64,000 bases of DNA, from contig OZ024740.1 of the NCBI GenBank assembly GCA_964016885.1, positions 68,510,001 to 68,574,000 of the forward strand. The letters are read 5' to 3'. Numbering within the stretch: the first letter of the stretch is position 1; the number at the start of each line of letters is the position of its first letter. Shown piece by piece: positions 52,505 through 64,000 of the stretch. Both the position numbers and the translations under genes were made by a program. The notes below the pieces were generated by a model. It searched no databases, was not told the DNA's origin, and saw nothing but the letters and a program-made list of their open reading frames with translations. The DNA comes from Eledone cirrhosa. Its lineage: Eukaryota.

Positions 52505-55500
52505 AATAATATAAGATAAAAAGATGGTTAAAAGAGTTCCAAGTATTTTATTATGCGGATTTCAAAAATAAATATCATCATGAGATGATAACTGCGTTTT
52601 TACCAGATAAAATAGGGATACATGATATGAAGGTTAAACAACAATTGTGAATAGTGAAGTTTTAAATCAACATATGAAAAATAATTTAAGATTGATGTGT
52701 CATATTGGGAAAAAGTGAAGGGGGTGGGGGTAAGGAAGAGAAGGAAAAGAGAGTAAAGAATGGTGGGGGAGGAGTATAAGAAGGAAGGATGAGAGAGGAG
52801 GAGAGATGGTTGATATAGAGAGAGAGATAGGAGACAAGATGGTTGATAGAGAGAAAAACAACTGAGACAAATATATATTGTCTCACAGAGAGAACTTAAA
52901 AAGCCGTTGGAAGATAATAGATAATTTAAAAGAATTTGAAATTATAAGTTGATGAAGAGAAAAAAGGGGGTAAGAATAATTTGAAATTAAGGTTTGTATA
53001 TTGAAGGGTTTAATAATATGTTCGAGGAAAAGAAATTATTAATACGTATTATTAAAATAAAAATATTAATGTTATTAAGGATATAATGTGAAAAGAAGTA
53101 GAAGAATGCATGAGTTATGAATTTAGAGGAATTAGTTAGTGTTTAAGTTTGTTTTTATGTAATGTAATATGTGTGCGTAATATATGTACGTAAATAGTTT
53201 GTTTAAAAATGAGCGCATATATTACCCTTACCATAAAAACAATGAGAATCTAAATTATGTTAATTTTAAATATAACCACCCCACTAACATTAAAAGTGCT
53301 ATAGTCAGTAATATTGGAAAAAGAATATCAAACCCATCCTCTAATAAAAAATATATTTGATGCTAACGCCAATTACTATAATAATGCGCTTTCTAAAGCC
53401 GGTTATCCTGATAAAATTAAATACAGTAAAGAAACCAATCCTAGAAGGTCTTACAGTAAAATAATTAATTATGATCATTCCAATAACTTAAATAAAAGAC
53501 CTATATACAATAATATAATCTGGTATAATGCTCATTTCTCTATTTCTATTAATAATAATATTCCTAAACTATTCTTTAGGGCCTTAGATAACTGCTTCCC
53601 TCCGTCACATATCTATAGTAAAATCTTTAACAAACATACAATAACATTTTCCTATTCCACCTCCTCCAACATCTCTAACATTATCTCTAAACACAACAAT
53701 AACATATTAAATAATAAATAACATGCTTCCAACACTGAGTGTCATAATAATTGTTTCTATTTTAGGCACAAGGCCAGCAATTACCCAGTACATTACTGGT
53801 ACTTTATTTTATCGACCCCGTAAGGATGAAAGGCAAATTAACCTGAGTGTCAATATAATAGAAGTGGTACTCCCGACGTCATTGTTAACTCTAGGCTAGA
53901 TTCTGCAAATTCAAATACGACGTCAAACGTAAATTCGTTGAATGTTCATAATACCAATCTAAATCAGGAAACTATTATTCCTATCGTAAATAACTTCTCC
54001 AATCCAATTCCTCCTATAAATAACACTAGGTCACTTGTTAATAACTCTGTCAAATCCTCTAATCGCAATTGTAATTGCTCTGTTAGAAGTAAATGTCCTC
54101 TCAATAACTATTATCTTGAAAAAAATTAGTCTATGAATGTAAGGTTATAACTGATACCAATTCCTTTACCTATTTCGGTTCCACTTCCACCTCCTTCAAA
54201 GAGAGATTTTATAATCAAAATTCGTATTTTAAATACCAACTTAAAAGAACAAACACGGCACTCTCAGAACGCATATGGTCCTTGAAAGACAAACATATTA
54301 ACTATAACATCTTTTGCAGGAAGGTTTGTTCTGCCTTTCCTTACCTGAATTCTTCCCTATCCAGAACATGTAATTTCTGCCTAGACGAGAAATTTACCAT
54401 TATATCTAATTTCAATTATATAATAAATAGACGCACGGATTTATTTTCTCTCTGCTTGCATACATTCCACAGAATATTCCATAAAGTATACAGCTAATAC
54501 CTAATACCTTACTAGTTTAAAATCCTTTTTCTGAAAGGCTTGTATATTTTTTTTAAATATACCCATCTTTCTACCTTATTTCAATATTATTTATTATATA
54601 TTATATAATACAATTTACTCATTCTATATCATTCCTCTTTATAACTTTCCTTTCTTCCTCTTTTCTTTTTTCTTTTTAATTACTAACCTCTAATCTGTAC
54701 TTTTTCTTCCTAACTACTTCTCAATTCTTATTATTACTCACCACAACATTCTCCATTCTATCTTTTTTCATATCATTGGCCATACAAATGATTATTATCT
54801 TTTTAATACATTATAGTAATACCTTTAATAGTCCTTCGTAAACACAAACATTTTTTTTTTACGTTAGATTTTTCTTCTTTAAATTCCTTAACTATTCCTT
54901 TCATGCTCGTTTGACTTTTACATATAACAATACATAAAAACAAACTTAAACCCTAACTAATTTCTTTTAATATATTATAGTATTACCATCAGAAAATAAT
55001 TTGTAAACATATATATTTTTTGATATTAGATATTTTCTTCCTTAAACATTATTTTCTTCTTTGCATTCTGCGCTCATTTTTAAACAAACTATTTACGTAG
55101 ATATATTACGCACACATATTACATTACATAAAAACAAATTAAACACTGACTAATTCCTATAAATTCATAACTCATCCATTCTTCTACTTCTTTTCACATT
55201 ATATCCTTAATAACATTAATATTTTTATTTTAATAATACATATTAATAATTTCTTTTCCTCGCACATATTATTAAACTCTTCAATATACAAACCTTAATT
55301 TAATATTATTCTTAACCCCTTTTTCTCTCCATCAACTTTTAACTTCAAATTCTTTTAAATAATCTATTATCTTCCAACGGCTTTTTAACTTCTCTCTGTG
55401 AGACAATATATATTTTTCTCAGTTGTAAAGGCCATCTCTCTCTCTCTCTATCACCCATCTCTCCTCCTCTCTTATCCTTCCTTCTTATACGCCCTCCCCC

Positions 55501-55722
55501 ACCATTCTTTACTCTCATCTCCTCCTATTCCTTACCTTTTCCAACACCCTCACTTTTTCCCAATATCACAGATCAATCTTAAATTAGTTTTCATATGTTG
55601 ATTTAAAACTTCACTATCACAAGTGTTTTTTAACATTCATATCATGTATCCCTATTTTATCTGATGAAAACGCAGATATCATCCCATGATGATATTTGCT
55701 TTTGAAATGCATCTTTTGACCT

Positions 55723-55725
<3 letters not shown>
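52505..55725. mobile_element. Decayed PLE (third family): inverted terminal copy 52505-53217 (-) plus truncated ORF and 3' UTR 53218-55725 (+)
   Basis: ORF remnants YYNNALSKAGY, IIWYNA, CNCSVRSKCPLNN, CNFC; 52505-53217 is the reverse complement of about 55068-55725. Confidence 0.85.
53745..53842 (-). mobile_element. 5'-truncated SINE inserted in PLE ORF, TSD CTGAGTGTCA
   Basis: TSD at 53735-53744 and 53843-53852; empty site in the paralog at about 59285. Confidence 0.85.
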
Positions 55726-55773
<48 letters not shown>

Positions 55774-55777
55774 GATG

Positions 55778-55826
<49 letters not shown>

Positions 55827-55832
55827 CAAAAG

Positions 55833-56471
55833 AAGTTAATATGCCCACGGGTACTAAGTACCCCTGGAAATATATAGGTTGTCTATGATTCAGGGTTGTT
55901 CAATGGTATTAATTTGACATACCAGAGCTATAATATTAAGATAAGCAGAACAAGCAAATTTAACCAATTTTTTAAAATAAATTAAAAAATATAATTTAAA
56001 TATTTACCCATTCCAATGGCCCTTACCGATCGGTTTCCCTTTGTAAAACACTAGAAATCCAATGGATTTCTAATGGAAAAGCAAAGTTCATCAGAGAAGC
56101 ATTTTCCTTTCCTAGGGCTAAAGTCACAGGAACGGCAAAATATATCGCCATCTTCCAGCTAGCACAAATTGAGTGAGGTCGAAAATTGACCCGTACGTGA
56201 ACCAGTCCGTAGTAAAAGCGGAAGTAACATAGACATGTTGTCTAGTACACTACTAAAAATAGCAGCTAAATAGAACAACAGATTTGTTCTCTACATAACG
56301 GAGGATATTAAAATAAGTTAATATGCCCACGGGTACTAAGTACCCCTGGAAATATATAGGTTGTCTATGATTCAGGGTTCTTCAATGGTATTAATTTGAC
56401 ATACCAGAACTATAATATTAAGATAAGCAGAACAAGCAAAATTTAACCAATTTTTTAAAATAAATTAAAAA

Positions 56472-56478
<7 letters not shown>
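55833..56478 (-). mobile_element. Partial tandem (482-bp period) hammerhead-bearing non-coding element, retrozyme-like
   Basis: 55833-55995 repeated at 56315-56478; hammerhead in the unique part; (TA)n flanks. Confidence 0.75.
56015..56103 (-). ncRNA. Type I hammerhead with extended stem II (family E)
   Basis: AAUGCUUCU-CUGAUGA-A CUUUG..UAGAAAUCC AUU GGAUUUCUA..CAAAG G-GAAA-CCGAUCGG-UA-AGGGCCAUU. Confidence 0.87.
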
Positions 56479-56545
<67 letters not shown>

Positions 56546-56763
56546 AATATATATATACACAAGCACAATAACAATAAAGATATGTGAACATACACCAGTA
56601 AACTGAGATAGAATACGATAAACGAAACGCAGTCAACCGCACGCAGTCGCACTAAACAATATACACACCCGAAAAGGCGTGCGCAGAGAAGAGGACAAAT
56701 ATAAATGAATAAATAAACAGACAAAATAAAAATCGCGTAGATACAACAGGAGGAACATAATAA

Positions 56764-56807
56764 TACCACTGATGATGTTGCAGATGTCCAACGAAAGAAC
56801 TTTGTTA
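56764..56807 (+). ncRNA. Degenerate hammerhead (family F) in element about 56555-56998
   Basis: UACCA-CUGAUGA-U GUUG..CAAC-GAAA-GAAC-UU-UGUUA. Confidence 0.6.
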
Positions 56808-56992
56808 GACTATGTATATCTAAATTATATCTGTATTTTTGACAGTTGGTCATTCATTGGTAAACATTGAGGACCGATTGAATTAACTGTGGAGATATAA
56901 ATGATACACAAACGAAAACTATCCAAACACCGATTGTGTTCTGTTATTAATTCTGGCAATATTATTACAACAATATGACCCTCCCCAAGCAT

Positions 56993-57033
<41 letters not shown>

Positions 57034-57034
<1 letters not shown>

Positions 57035-57313
57035 TAAAGATATTAAATACATTATCTAGCCTAATAGTGGGGTTTAGAACGCTCGGAGAAATGGAAAAAG
57101 CTGAGTATTGACATACATGTACGTAAATACTCATCATGTACGTCAATACTCATGTACGTCAATACCCATGTACATCAATACTCATCTTTTTCCATTTCCC
57201 CTAGGGTTCTTAACCCCACTATCAGGCTAAATAAGTTCTTTAATATCTTTAGTCATAATACGGCGATAGCCTACATTTCTAATAATTTCAAACCCACTCG
57301 TGGTTTCGAAATT

Positions 57314-57318
<5 letters not shown>
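57034..57318. repeat. Inverted repeat with internal ~16-bp tandem (TACTCATGTACGTCAA) at its centre
   Basis: Arms about 57034-57118/57168-57252; centre has about 4 imperfect units; (TA)n flanks. Confidence 0.7.
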
Positions 57319-57404
<86 letters not shown>

Positions 57405-57409
<5 letters not shown>

Positions 57410-60400
57410 AGATCAAAAGTTGGTTAAAAGAGTTCCAAGTATTTTATTATGTACATTCCAAAAACAAATATTATCATGGGATGATATCTGCGGCCTCATC
57501 AGTTAAAATAGGAATACATGATATGAAGCTTAAACAACACTTGTGAATAGTGAAGTTTTAAATCAACATATGAAAAATAAATTAAGATTGAAGTATGACA
57601 TTGGGAAAAAGTGAGGGGGTTGGAAAAGGTAAGGAAGAGGAAGAGATGAGAGTAAAGGATGGTGGGGGAGGAGTATAAGAAGGAAGGACGAGAGAGGGGG
57701 AGAGATGGGTGATAGAGAGAGAGAGATAGCCTTTACAACTGAGAAAAAAATATATATTGTCTCACAGAGAGAAATTAAAAAGCTGTTGGAAGATAATAGA
57801 TAATTTAAAAGAATTTGAAATTAAAAGTTAATGAAGAAAAAGGAATTAAGAATAGTATTAAATTAAGGTTTGTATATTGAAGAGTTTAATAATATGTGCG
57901 AGGAAAAGAATTTATTAATATGTATTATTAAAATAAAAATATTAATGTTATTAAGGATATAATGTGAAAAGAAGGAGAAGAATGAATTAGTTATGAATTT
58001 AGAGGAATTAGTTAGGGTTTAAGTTTCTTTTTATGTAATGTAATATGTATACGTAAATAGTTTGTTTAAAATGAGCGCGGATGGAAAGAATAAAAGAATG
58101 TTTAAGGAAGAAAATATCTATCATAAAAAAGTATATATGTTTACGAAATATTTTCTAATGGTAATAATATAATATATTAAAAGAAATCAGTTAGGATTTA
58201 AGTTTGTTTTTATGTATTGTAATATGTAAAAGTCAAATTAAGTAGTAGTTTAAAACGAGCATGAAAGGATGGAGGAGATAAGAAAAATTTAAGGAAGAAA
58301 AAAATCTAACGTCAAACAATTATATGTTTACGAAGGACTTCTAATGGTAATACTATAATTAATTATCAAAATAATTTTTATGGCCAATCATATGAGGAAA
58401 GATAGAAGAATGGATAATGTTGTGGTGAGTAATAATAAGAATTGTAGTTGGGAAGAAAAAGTACAGATTAGAGGTTAGAAATTAAAAAGAAAAAAGGAAG
58501 AAAGGAAAGAGGAATGATACAGAATGAGTAAATTGTATTATATAATATATAATATTGAAATAAGGTAGAAAGATGGGTATATTTGTAAAGGATATATAAG
58601 CATTGAGAAAAAGGATTTTAAACTAGGGTATTGAGATATTAGCTGTATACTTTATGGAATATTCTGTAGAATGTATGCAAGCAGAGAGAAAACAAATCCG
58701 TGCGTCGATTTATTATAGAATTGAAATTAGATATAATGGTAAATTTCTCGGCTAGGCAGAGATTACATCTTCTGGATAGGGAAGAATTCAGGTAAGAAAG
58801 GCAGAACAAACATTCCTCCAAGAGATGTTATAGTTAATATTTTTGTCTTTCAAGGACCATATGAGTTCCGAGAGTGCCGTATTAGTTATTTTAAGTTGGT
58901 ATCTAAAAGACAAATTTTGATTATAAAATCTAGCTTTAAAGGAAGTGGAGGTGGAACCGAAATAGGTAAAGGAATTGGTATCAGTTATAACCTTACATTC
59001 ATAGACTAAGTTTTTATCAAGACAATGGTTATTAAGAGGACATTTAGTTCTAACAGGGAAATTACAATTACGATTATAGAAATTAACAGAGTTATTAACA
59101 AGTGACCTAGTGTTATTTATAGAAGGAATTGGATTGGAGAAGTTATTAACGATAGGAATAATAGTTTCCCGATTTAGATTGGTATTATGAACATTCAACG
59201 AAGTTACGTTTGACGTCGTATTTAAGTTAACAGAATCTAGCCTAGAGTTAACAATGACGTCGGGAGTACTACTGCTATTATTAAGACGCTCAGTGCTGGA
59301 AGGATGTGATTCATTATTTAATATTTTATTGTTGTGTTTAGAGATAATGTTAGAGATGTTGGAAGAGCTGGAATAAGAAATGTTATTGTATGTTTGTTAC
59401 AGAGTTTACTATAGATAGGGAGGGAAGCATTTATCTAAGGGCCTAAATAATAGTTTAGGAATATAATTATTAATAGAAATAGAGAAAGGAGCATCATATT
59501 TTTGTATCTAGGTCTTTATTTAACTTATTGGAATGTTCATAATTCATTATGTTACTGTAAGACCTTCTATGATTGGTTTCTTTACTGTATTTAATTTTAT
59601 CAGGATAACCGGCTTTAGAAACCGCATTATTATAGTTATTGGCATTAGCATCAAATAAATGTTTATTAGAGGATAGGTTTGATATTCTTTTTCCAATATT
59701 ACTGACTATAGCATTTTTAATGTCAGTGGGGTAGTTATATTTAAAATTAACATAAATTAGATTCTCATTGTTTTTATGGTAAAGGTAATATAGGCCAGTG
59801 TCAAGATTAAGGGATATATCCAAGAAGTTATCTAGTTTGACGTTGTTATCAACTTCAATTTTAAGGTTATGTTGCTTAAAGAGATCACGTATATTGTTCT
59901 TAATAATATGAAGGTTAAATAAGTTGCATTTTAAGATAGTAAAAGTCCATCGTCACGAGAAGTTCCGCCACGAAATTGAGGAATTTTCCTATTTAAAGAA
60001 TTCAAAATAAAAATACCAATCAAATCAGTCAATTGCGATGAATCGGAAGCACCCATTGTGATATCAAAGTTGTTGAAAGTATCGTCTCTAGTCCAGTATT
60101 CCTTGTTGAATTCTAAGATAGTTTGACTTGCGGTGAGAATGATGTAAAGTTCATCTGCGGTGATGTCAGAATATTTAAATGCGAAGATAGAGCGTTGTTG
60201 AGAAGTGAAGGCGAAATAGAACAATAATAGCTGGCAATATCAAATTGAATAAATTTTCGTTTGTTTTTCTTATTCAGATTGTTGAACCAGCCAATTACAT
60301 CAGATGTACCATACCATAAATTTAAGTTAGAAATAGAGCAATTAGAACGAACCTGTGGGATAATTCTATCCAAGATGGCTTTACTAACAACCCCCAGATC

Positions 60401-60860
60401 TGATTTAGAGAGGCCGATTAGTCTAACAGGCAGTTCCGTTCGAAAATTACTTTTATGATCCTTGAGATTTATCCTCGGATTTCTTGGGAGGAATGGTTCC
60501 GTCTTTTTTCCAATGCCAAGTTTACACATAATCTCAGGAGCTTCAAAGTTTAATGATTCCAAATTGTCATGGTTAGTTTTACAATAATTCTTCCTTAGTT
60601 CCTTAAGGATAATGTTATTATAGTTATCCCTAGATACGCCATATAAATTATTAATTTTGTCGGAGTGGACGAAGACATTTTTAGAGGAATTAAGGTTTAA
60701 AATCGTATTCCTGAGATTTACAAGGTGCTCTTGACCTCTGTAAGGGATTCTCTTGAATGTAAGACTTCATATAATATCAGTTAATTATTCCTCGAAATGC
60801 ACTAGATTTTTGTTGGAAGGAGGATTTCTTCTAGAGTTAAATAAATGATCATTCTAAATA
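57405..60860 (-). mobile_element. Decayed near-full-length PLE of the third family
   Basis: Frameshifted pieces KDHK, FIQFDIASYY, ITMGAS, RDD, TYFGSTST, CNLC; 3' UTR homologous to 54500-55725; ends in (TA)n. Confidence 0.87.
57440..57510 (-). ncRNA. Hammerhead of third PLE family (damaged relatives at 55653-55713 + and 52544-52605 -)
   Basis: UAUUUUAA-CUGAUGA-[GCAGAUAUCAUC hairpin]-GGAA-UGUACA-UA-AUAAAAUA; the 55661 copy keeps CUGAUGA, stem II and GAAA but has lost its 3' strand. Confidence 0.7.
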
Positions 60861-60995
60861 TAAATTATAGCCTTAAAGAATTAGCTTTTAATGAATTCCC
60901 TTTTCTTTCAAACAATGGCCTCCACCCATCCCACTCCCCACCCTCTCCTACCACCTGAAAAGATATAAATACTACAACATTTATTTTGAAAAGCC

Positions 60996-61046
60996 AGATT
61001 CCTGATGATTTCTAAAGAATGAAACAATTCTAGTCTTGTAGAATCT
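60996..61046 (+). ncRNA. Hammerhead ribozyme (family A) in solo element about 60915-61128
   Basis: AGAUUC-CUGAUGA-UUUC UAAA GAAU-GAAA-CAA UUCUAGUC UUG-UA-GAAUCU; compensatory changes in stems I and III versus 22651. Confidence 0.9.
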
Positions 61047-61131
61047 CATCTACATTAACACTTTTATACTCTGCTATCTATTGAGTACCTTACTTACTTT
61101 GGTTACCTCCGATTCAACCCGGAATAACTTA

Positions 61132-61166
<35 letters not shown>

Positions 61167-61196
61167 CAATACATATATATATATATATATATATGT

Positions 61197-61247
<51 letters not shown>

Positions 61248-61487
61248 TAAATATCGCTCTCTCTCACTCTCCCTGTCTATCTCTCTCTCTCTCTTTATAT
61301 ATATATTTATATATATATATATATATATTTGTATATATATATATATAGTTATGTAATAAACAACATAAGATATTTATTTCATTTACCAGTGGTTTAAAAG
61401 TTCGGAATTAAAGTATTCCGCAATTCACAGTAATAATAATATTGGATCAAAGAAGAACAGAGAATTTTCATCTGAGCTCAAATACAA

Positions 61488-62037
61488 ATATATTACACAG
61501 AGACAAGCGTGTTACACAGTGAGAAGTGTGTAAAAAATTATTATATTATTATTATTGTGACTGCGGAATACTTTAATATCCGATCTTTGTATATTTAACG
61601 AACTCCAGATTGTTGAGCTAAGAATTTCGAATGGTTGGGCTCTCCTCTCTAGCATTTCCCCCAATTCATGAGAGCCATTATTTGATGCAAGTAACACGTG
61701 ATTTCGCCCTACCCTTGGAAGCGTGCTTATTAGCTTTCTCTCTATCCATTAGGCTAGATGTGTCGTGAACATCACCCATATTTGCTGACTGAGGAACCTA
61801 TGGGCTGTTATAACGCACATTTCTGTGGTGAAACGAACTAAATTCGTATGAACAAGCTTATAGTTAAAAGGTTAATAATTTAAAATTCCACTTCAGGTAT
61901 TTTATTCTGACTTAGTTTTTTTCTATTTAATTGCTAACCTGTAGGTATTGTTCTCGATACAGTAACGGTTAAACTCACATGTAATAATTTTTTACACACT
62001 TCTCACTGTGTAACACACTTCTCTCTGTGTAATATAT
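61488..62037. repeat. About 56-bp inverted repeats around a 440-bp spacer, overlapping a second IR (61397-61443/61537-61589)
   Basis: atatattacacagagacaagcgtgttacacagtgagaagtgtgtaaaaaattatta versus its reverse complement at 61982-62037. Confidence 0.7.
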
Positions 62038-62092
62038 GTGTATATATGTAAAGCGAGATAGCGAGAGAGAGATAGACATAGATATATACAGA

Positions 62093-62124
<32 letters not shown>

Positions 62125-62479
62125 TATATAGGGAGGGAGAGAGAGAGAGAGAGCGATATTTATATATATAAATATATGTGTGTATATGAATTTACACACG
62201 CTTCATTTAAGCTATAGCTGTGTTTGTACCTAGGTGGAGGTGTTGAAACATTTATAGAATAAGTCATATGTCATTGTGTTGTTGTGTCGGCCATCATTTC
62301 ATACGGTATTCTTTCTTAATAAACTTACTATTGATCTGTCTGCTCTGCGTTACTTCTTTTCTTGCTTCAGTAGACTGATGCAAAACTTCGTTTCCCCGTG
62401 AGTGCACTGCATTATATCGGTAATAGATAGATAGTTCACTTACTCCTATTCCTTTCATCCTCATAATCATATCGTTATT

Positions 62480-62626
62480 TCTTCTTCTTCTTCTTCTTCT
62501 TCTTCTTCTTCTTCTTCTCGTATGCAGTAGCAGCAACAGCAACAGTCTTTTTAGTTGTTGTAGTAGCACAAACAGTAGAAGTAGTTGTAACAGCAGTACA
62601 CTAGTAGTAATAGTAGTAGTAGTAGT

Positions 62627-62676
<50 letters not shown>

Positions 62677-62690
62677 TAGTAATGGTAGTA
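62480..62690. repeat. Trinucleotide microsatellites (TTC)n, (GCA)n, (GTA)n
   Basis: Direct inspection. Confidence 0.9.
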
Positions 62691-62869
62691 AAATTCATTA
62701 GCTTTTTTTCGTCTGTCATCACAACATCATTGCTTCTTGTAGACATATCTTCGGTCCACGTCCGTGTTATTTATTATAATGACACACATATTCATGCACG
62801 CACACAGAGTCACACCCATATATATATATATATTCATTCATAATACATACATACACACACACACACACA

Positions 62870-62939
<70 letters not shown>

Positions 62940-63477
62940 GGCCTTCCTATTTCATTTTATATTATATACATGTCTGTGTATATTTTAATCATTCAAAAAT
63001 CATTTTTAAGTGAACTTGATTTTAAAAAATATTTTTAAGCGAACGTGACCCAATGGGTCACGTGTGGTCTATTACAGATATGAAATGTACTGTATATTTA
63101 TAAAATGATATACCAACATTCCACACATGGTGTTGTTCTATTCACAGATTTACACGGTGGTATTACTACGAACAACCGAGAACATATCCAAACAAAATCC
63201 ACCCAGGCGATTGACAACGACACACACAGTGATCTCCAGCCCACCGATGTGCTGTCCCTCCCTTCTGCTTATTCTGGAACGACTACAATTAACCGCTAAT
63301 TCATGATTGGTAATTCCATAATAAATATACTTGCAATCGATTGAAACCATGTCCGTATAGCATAACCATTCTTCCCCACACTCAATACAAAATGCTGTTG
63401 CGTATGAAAAGTCGATTATATTGATAAGAGTTGTTTAAATGCACTTAAAAGAATCGATCTTAGAACGATGATAGGTA

Positions 63478-63555
63478 AAATTAGCCTGAAAGGAATTTGA
63501 ACTCAGAACGTAAAGTGCGGGAACATATACTTCCAGTTTTTTGTCCGACGTTCTT
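63478..63555 (-). mobile_element. SINE head fragment
   Basis: Reverse complement tttacgttctgagttcaaattc matches the SINE B-box region. Confidence 0.55.
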
Positions 63556-64000
63556 ATGTGTCTATCTGAACTCCCCAACCGAAAGCATGTAGTCCTTCAT
63601 CATTCCACACGGCAGTATTATCAATTTGCAACTAAGTGTATTGGACTTTTGGATATTAACTTGAATATCTAAAATTGTAGTAAATAGATGCAGACCACCG
63701 ACTCATAAGCATAGGTGTCCTGAATATATCAAGGGTAGCTTCATATCAATCCTATTTTGGCATGTCGAACAATGTTTCTTCTTTTTATTTAACCAAATTC
63801 AGACGAGTCAATGGTCCCCGGAGAGAACCCTATATTTTGGAATAGGGATTATTTAACATGCCGGTTACAGTTTTTTCATCATCAGTTGGGATATTTATAC
63901 ATTTTCCTATGGTGTGCTTTTATGTCGAGAATTGCTGTGAGTATTCTATATTTGTTTAAATTCATATTTGCGTTACTTATCTCCGCATACTCTATGCTAA

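Noticed and set aside
62329-62406. Possible minus-strand exon ending AATA|gtaagt
   Set aside because: Weak acceptor, adjacent to microsatellites, no homology recognised.
63042-63075. 10-bp hairpin ACGTGACCCA-A-TGGGTCACGT as a Helitron 3' end
   Set aside because: Followed by CTAT rather than CTRR, and no 5' end found.
63148-63299. Possible plus-strand terminal exon (acceptor ttctattcacag, then DLHGGITTNN...INR*)
   Set aside because: No recognisable domain or partner exon; cannot be supported without RNA data.

Overview
AT-rich, microsatellite-dense eukaryotic DNA. The SINE, LINE and repeat content looks cephalopod/Octopus-like, which is an inference. No host protein-coding exon can be supported, so the window is probably intronic or intergenic, and it is almost entirely retroelements. 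(1) A nest on one (TAA/ATT)n tract holds three R4/Dong-like RLE LINE pieces (minus strand) and a full-length Tx1-clade LINE (plus strand). (2) A second, related full-length Tx1 LINE sits inside a (GATA/TATC)n tract. (3) There are four Penelope-like (PLE, Naiad-like RT+GIY-YIG) insertions, mostly in (TA)n. One has an intact 737-aa ORF inside a 9.6-kb inverted plus tandem structure. (4) Many short palindromic or solo PLE-end remnants carry type I hammerhead ribozymes from about ten sequence families, some with covariation between copies. (5) The rest includes tRNA-SINEs, RTE and CR1 remnants, and a Tc1/mariner-type MITE. Top lead: both Tx1 elements conserve splice signals bracketing each ORF (donor-ORF1-donor-acceptor-ORF2-acceptor), which predicts mutually exclusive ORF1-only and ORF2-only mRNAs. 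Other leads are microsatellite partitioning among the retroelements, a duplicated motif marking the two PLE 3' end points, a 482-bp retrozyme-like unit, and a candidate recursive splice site.
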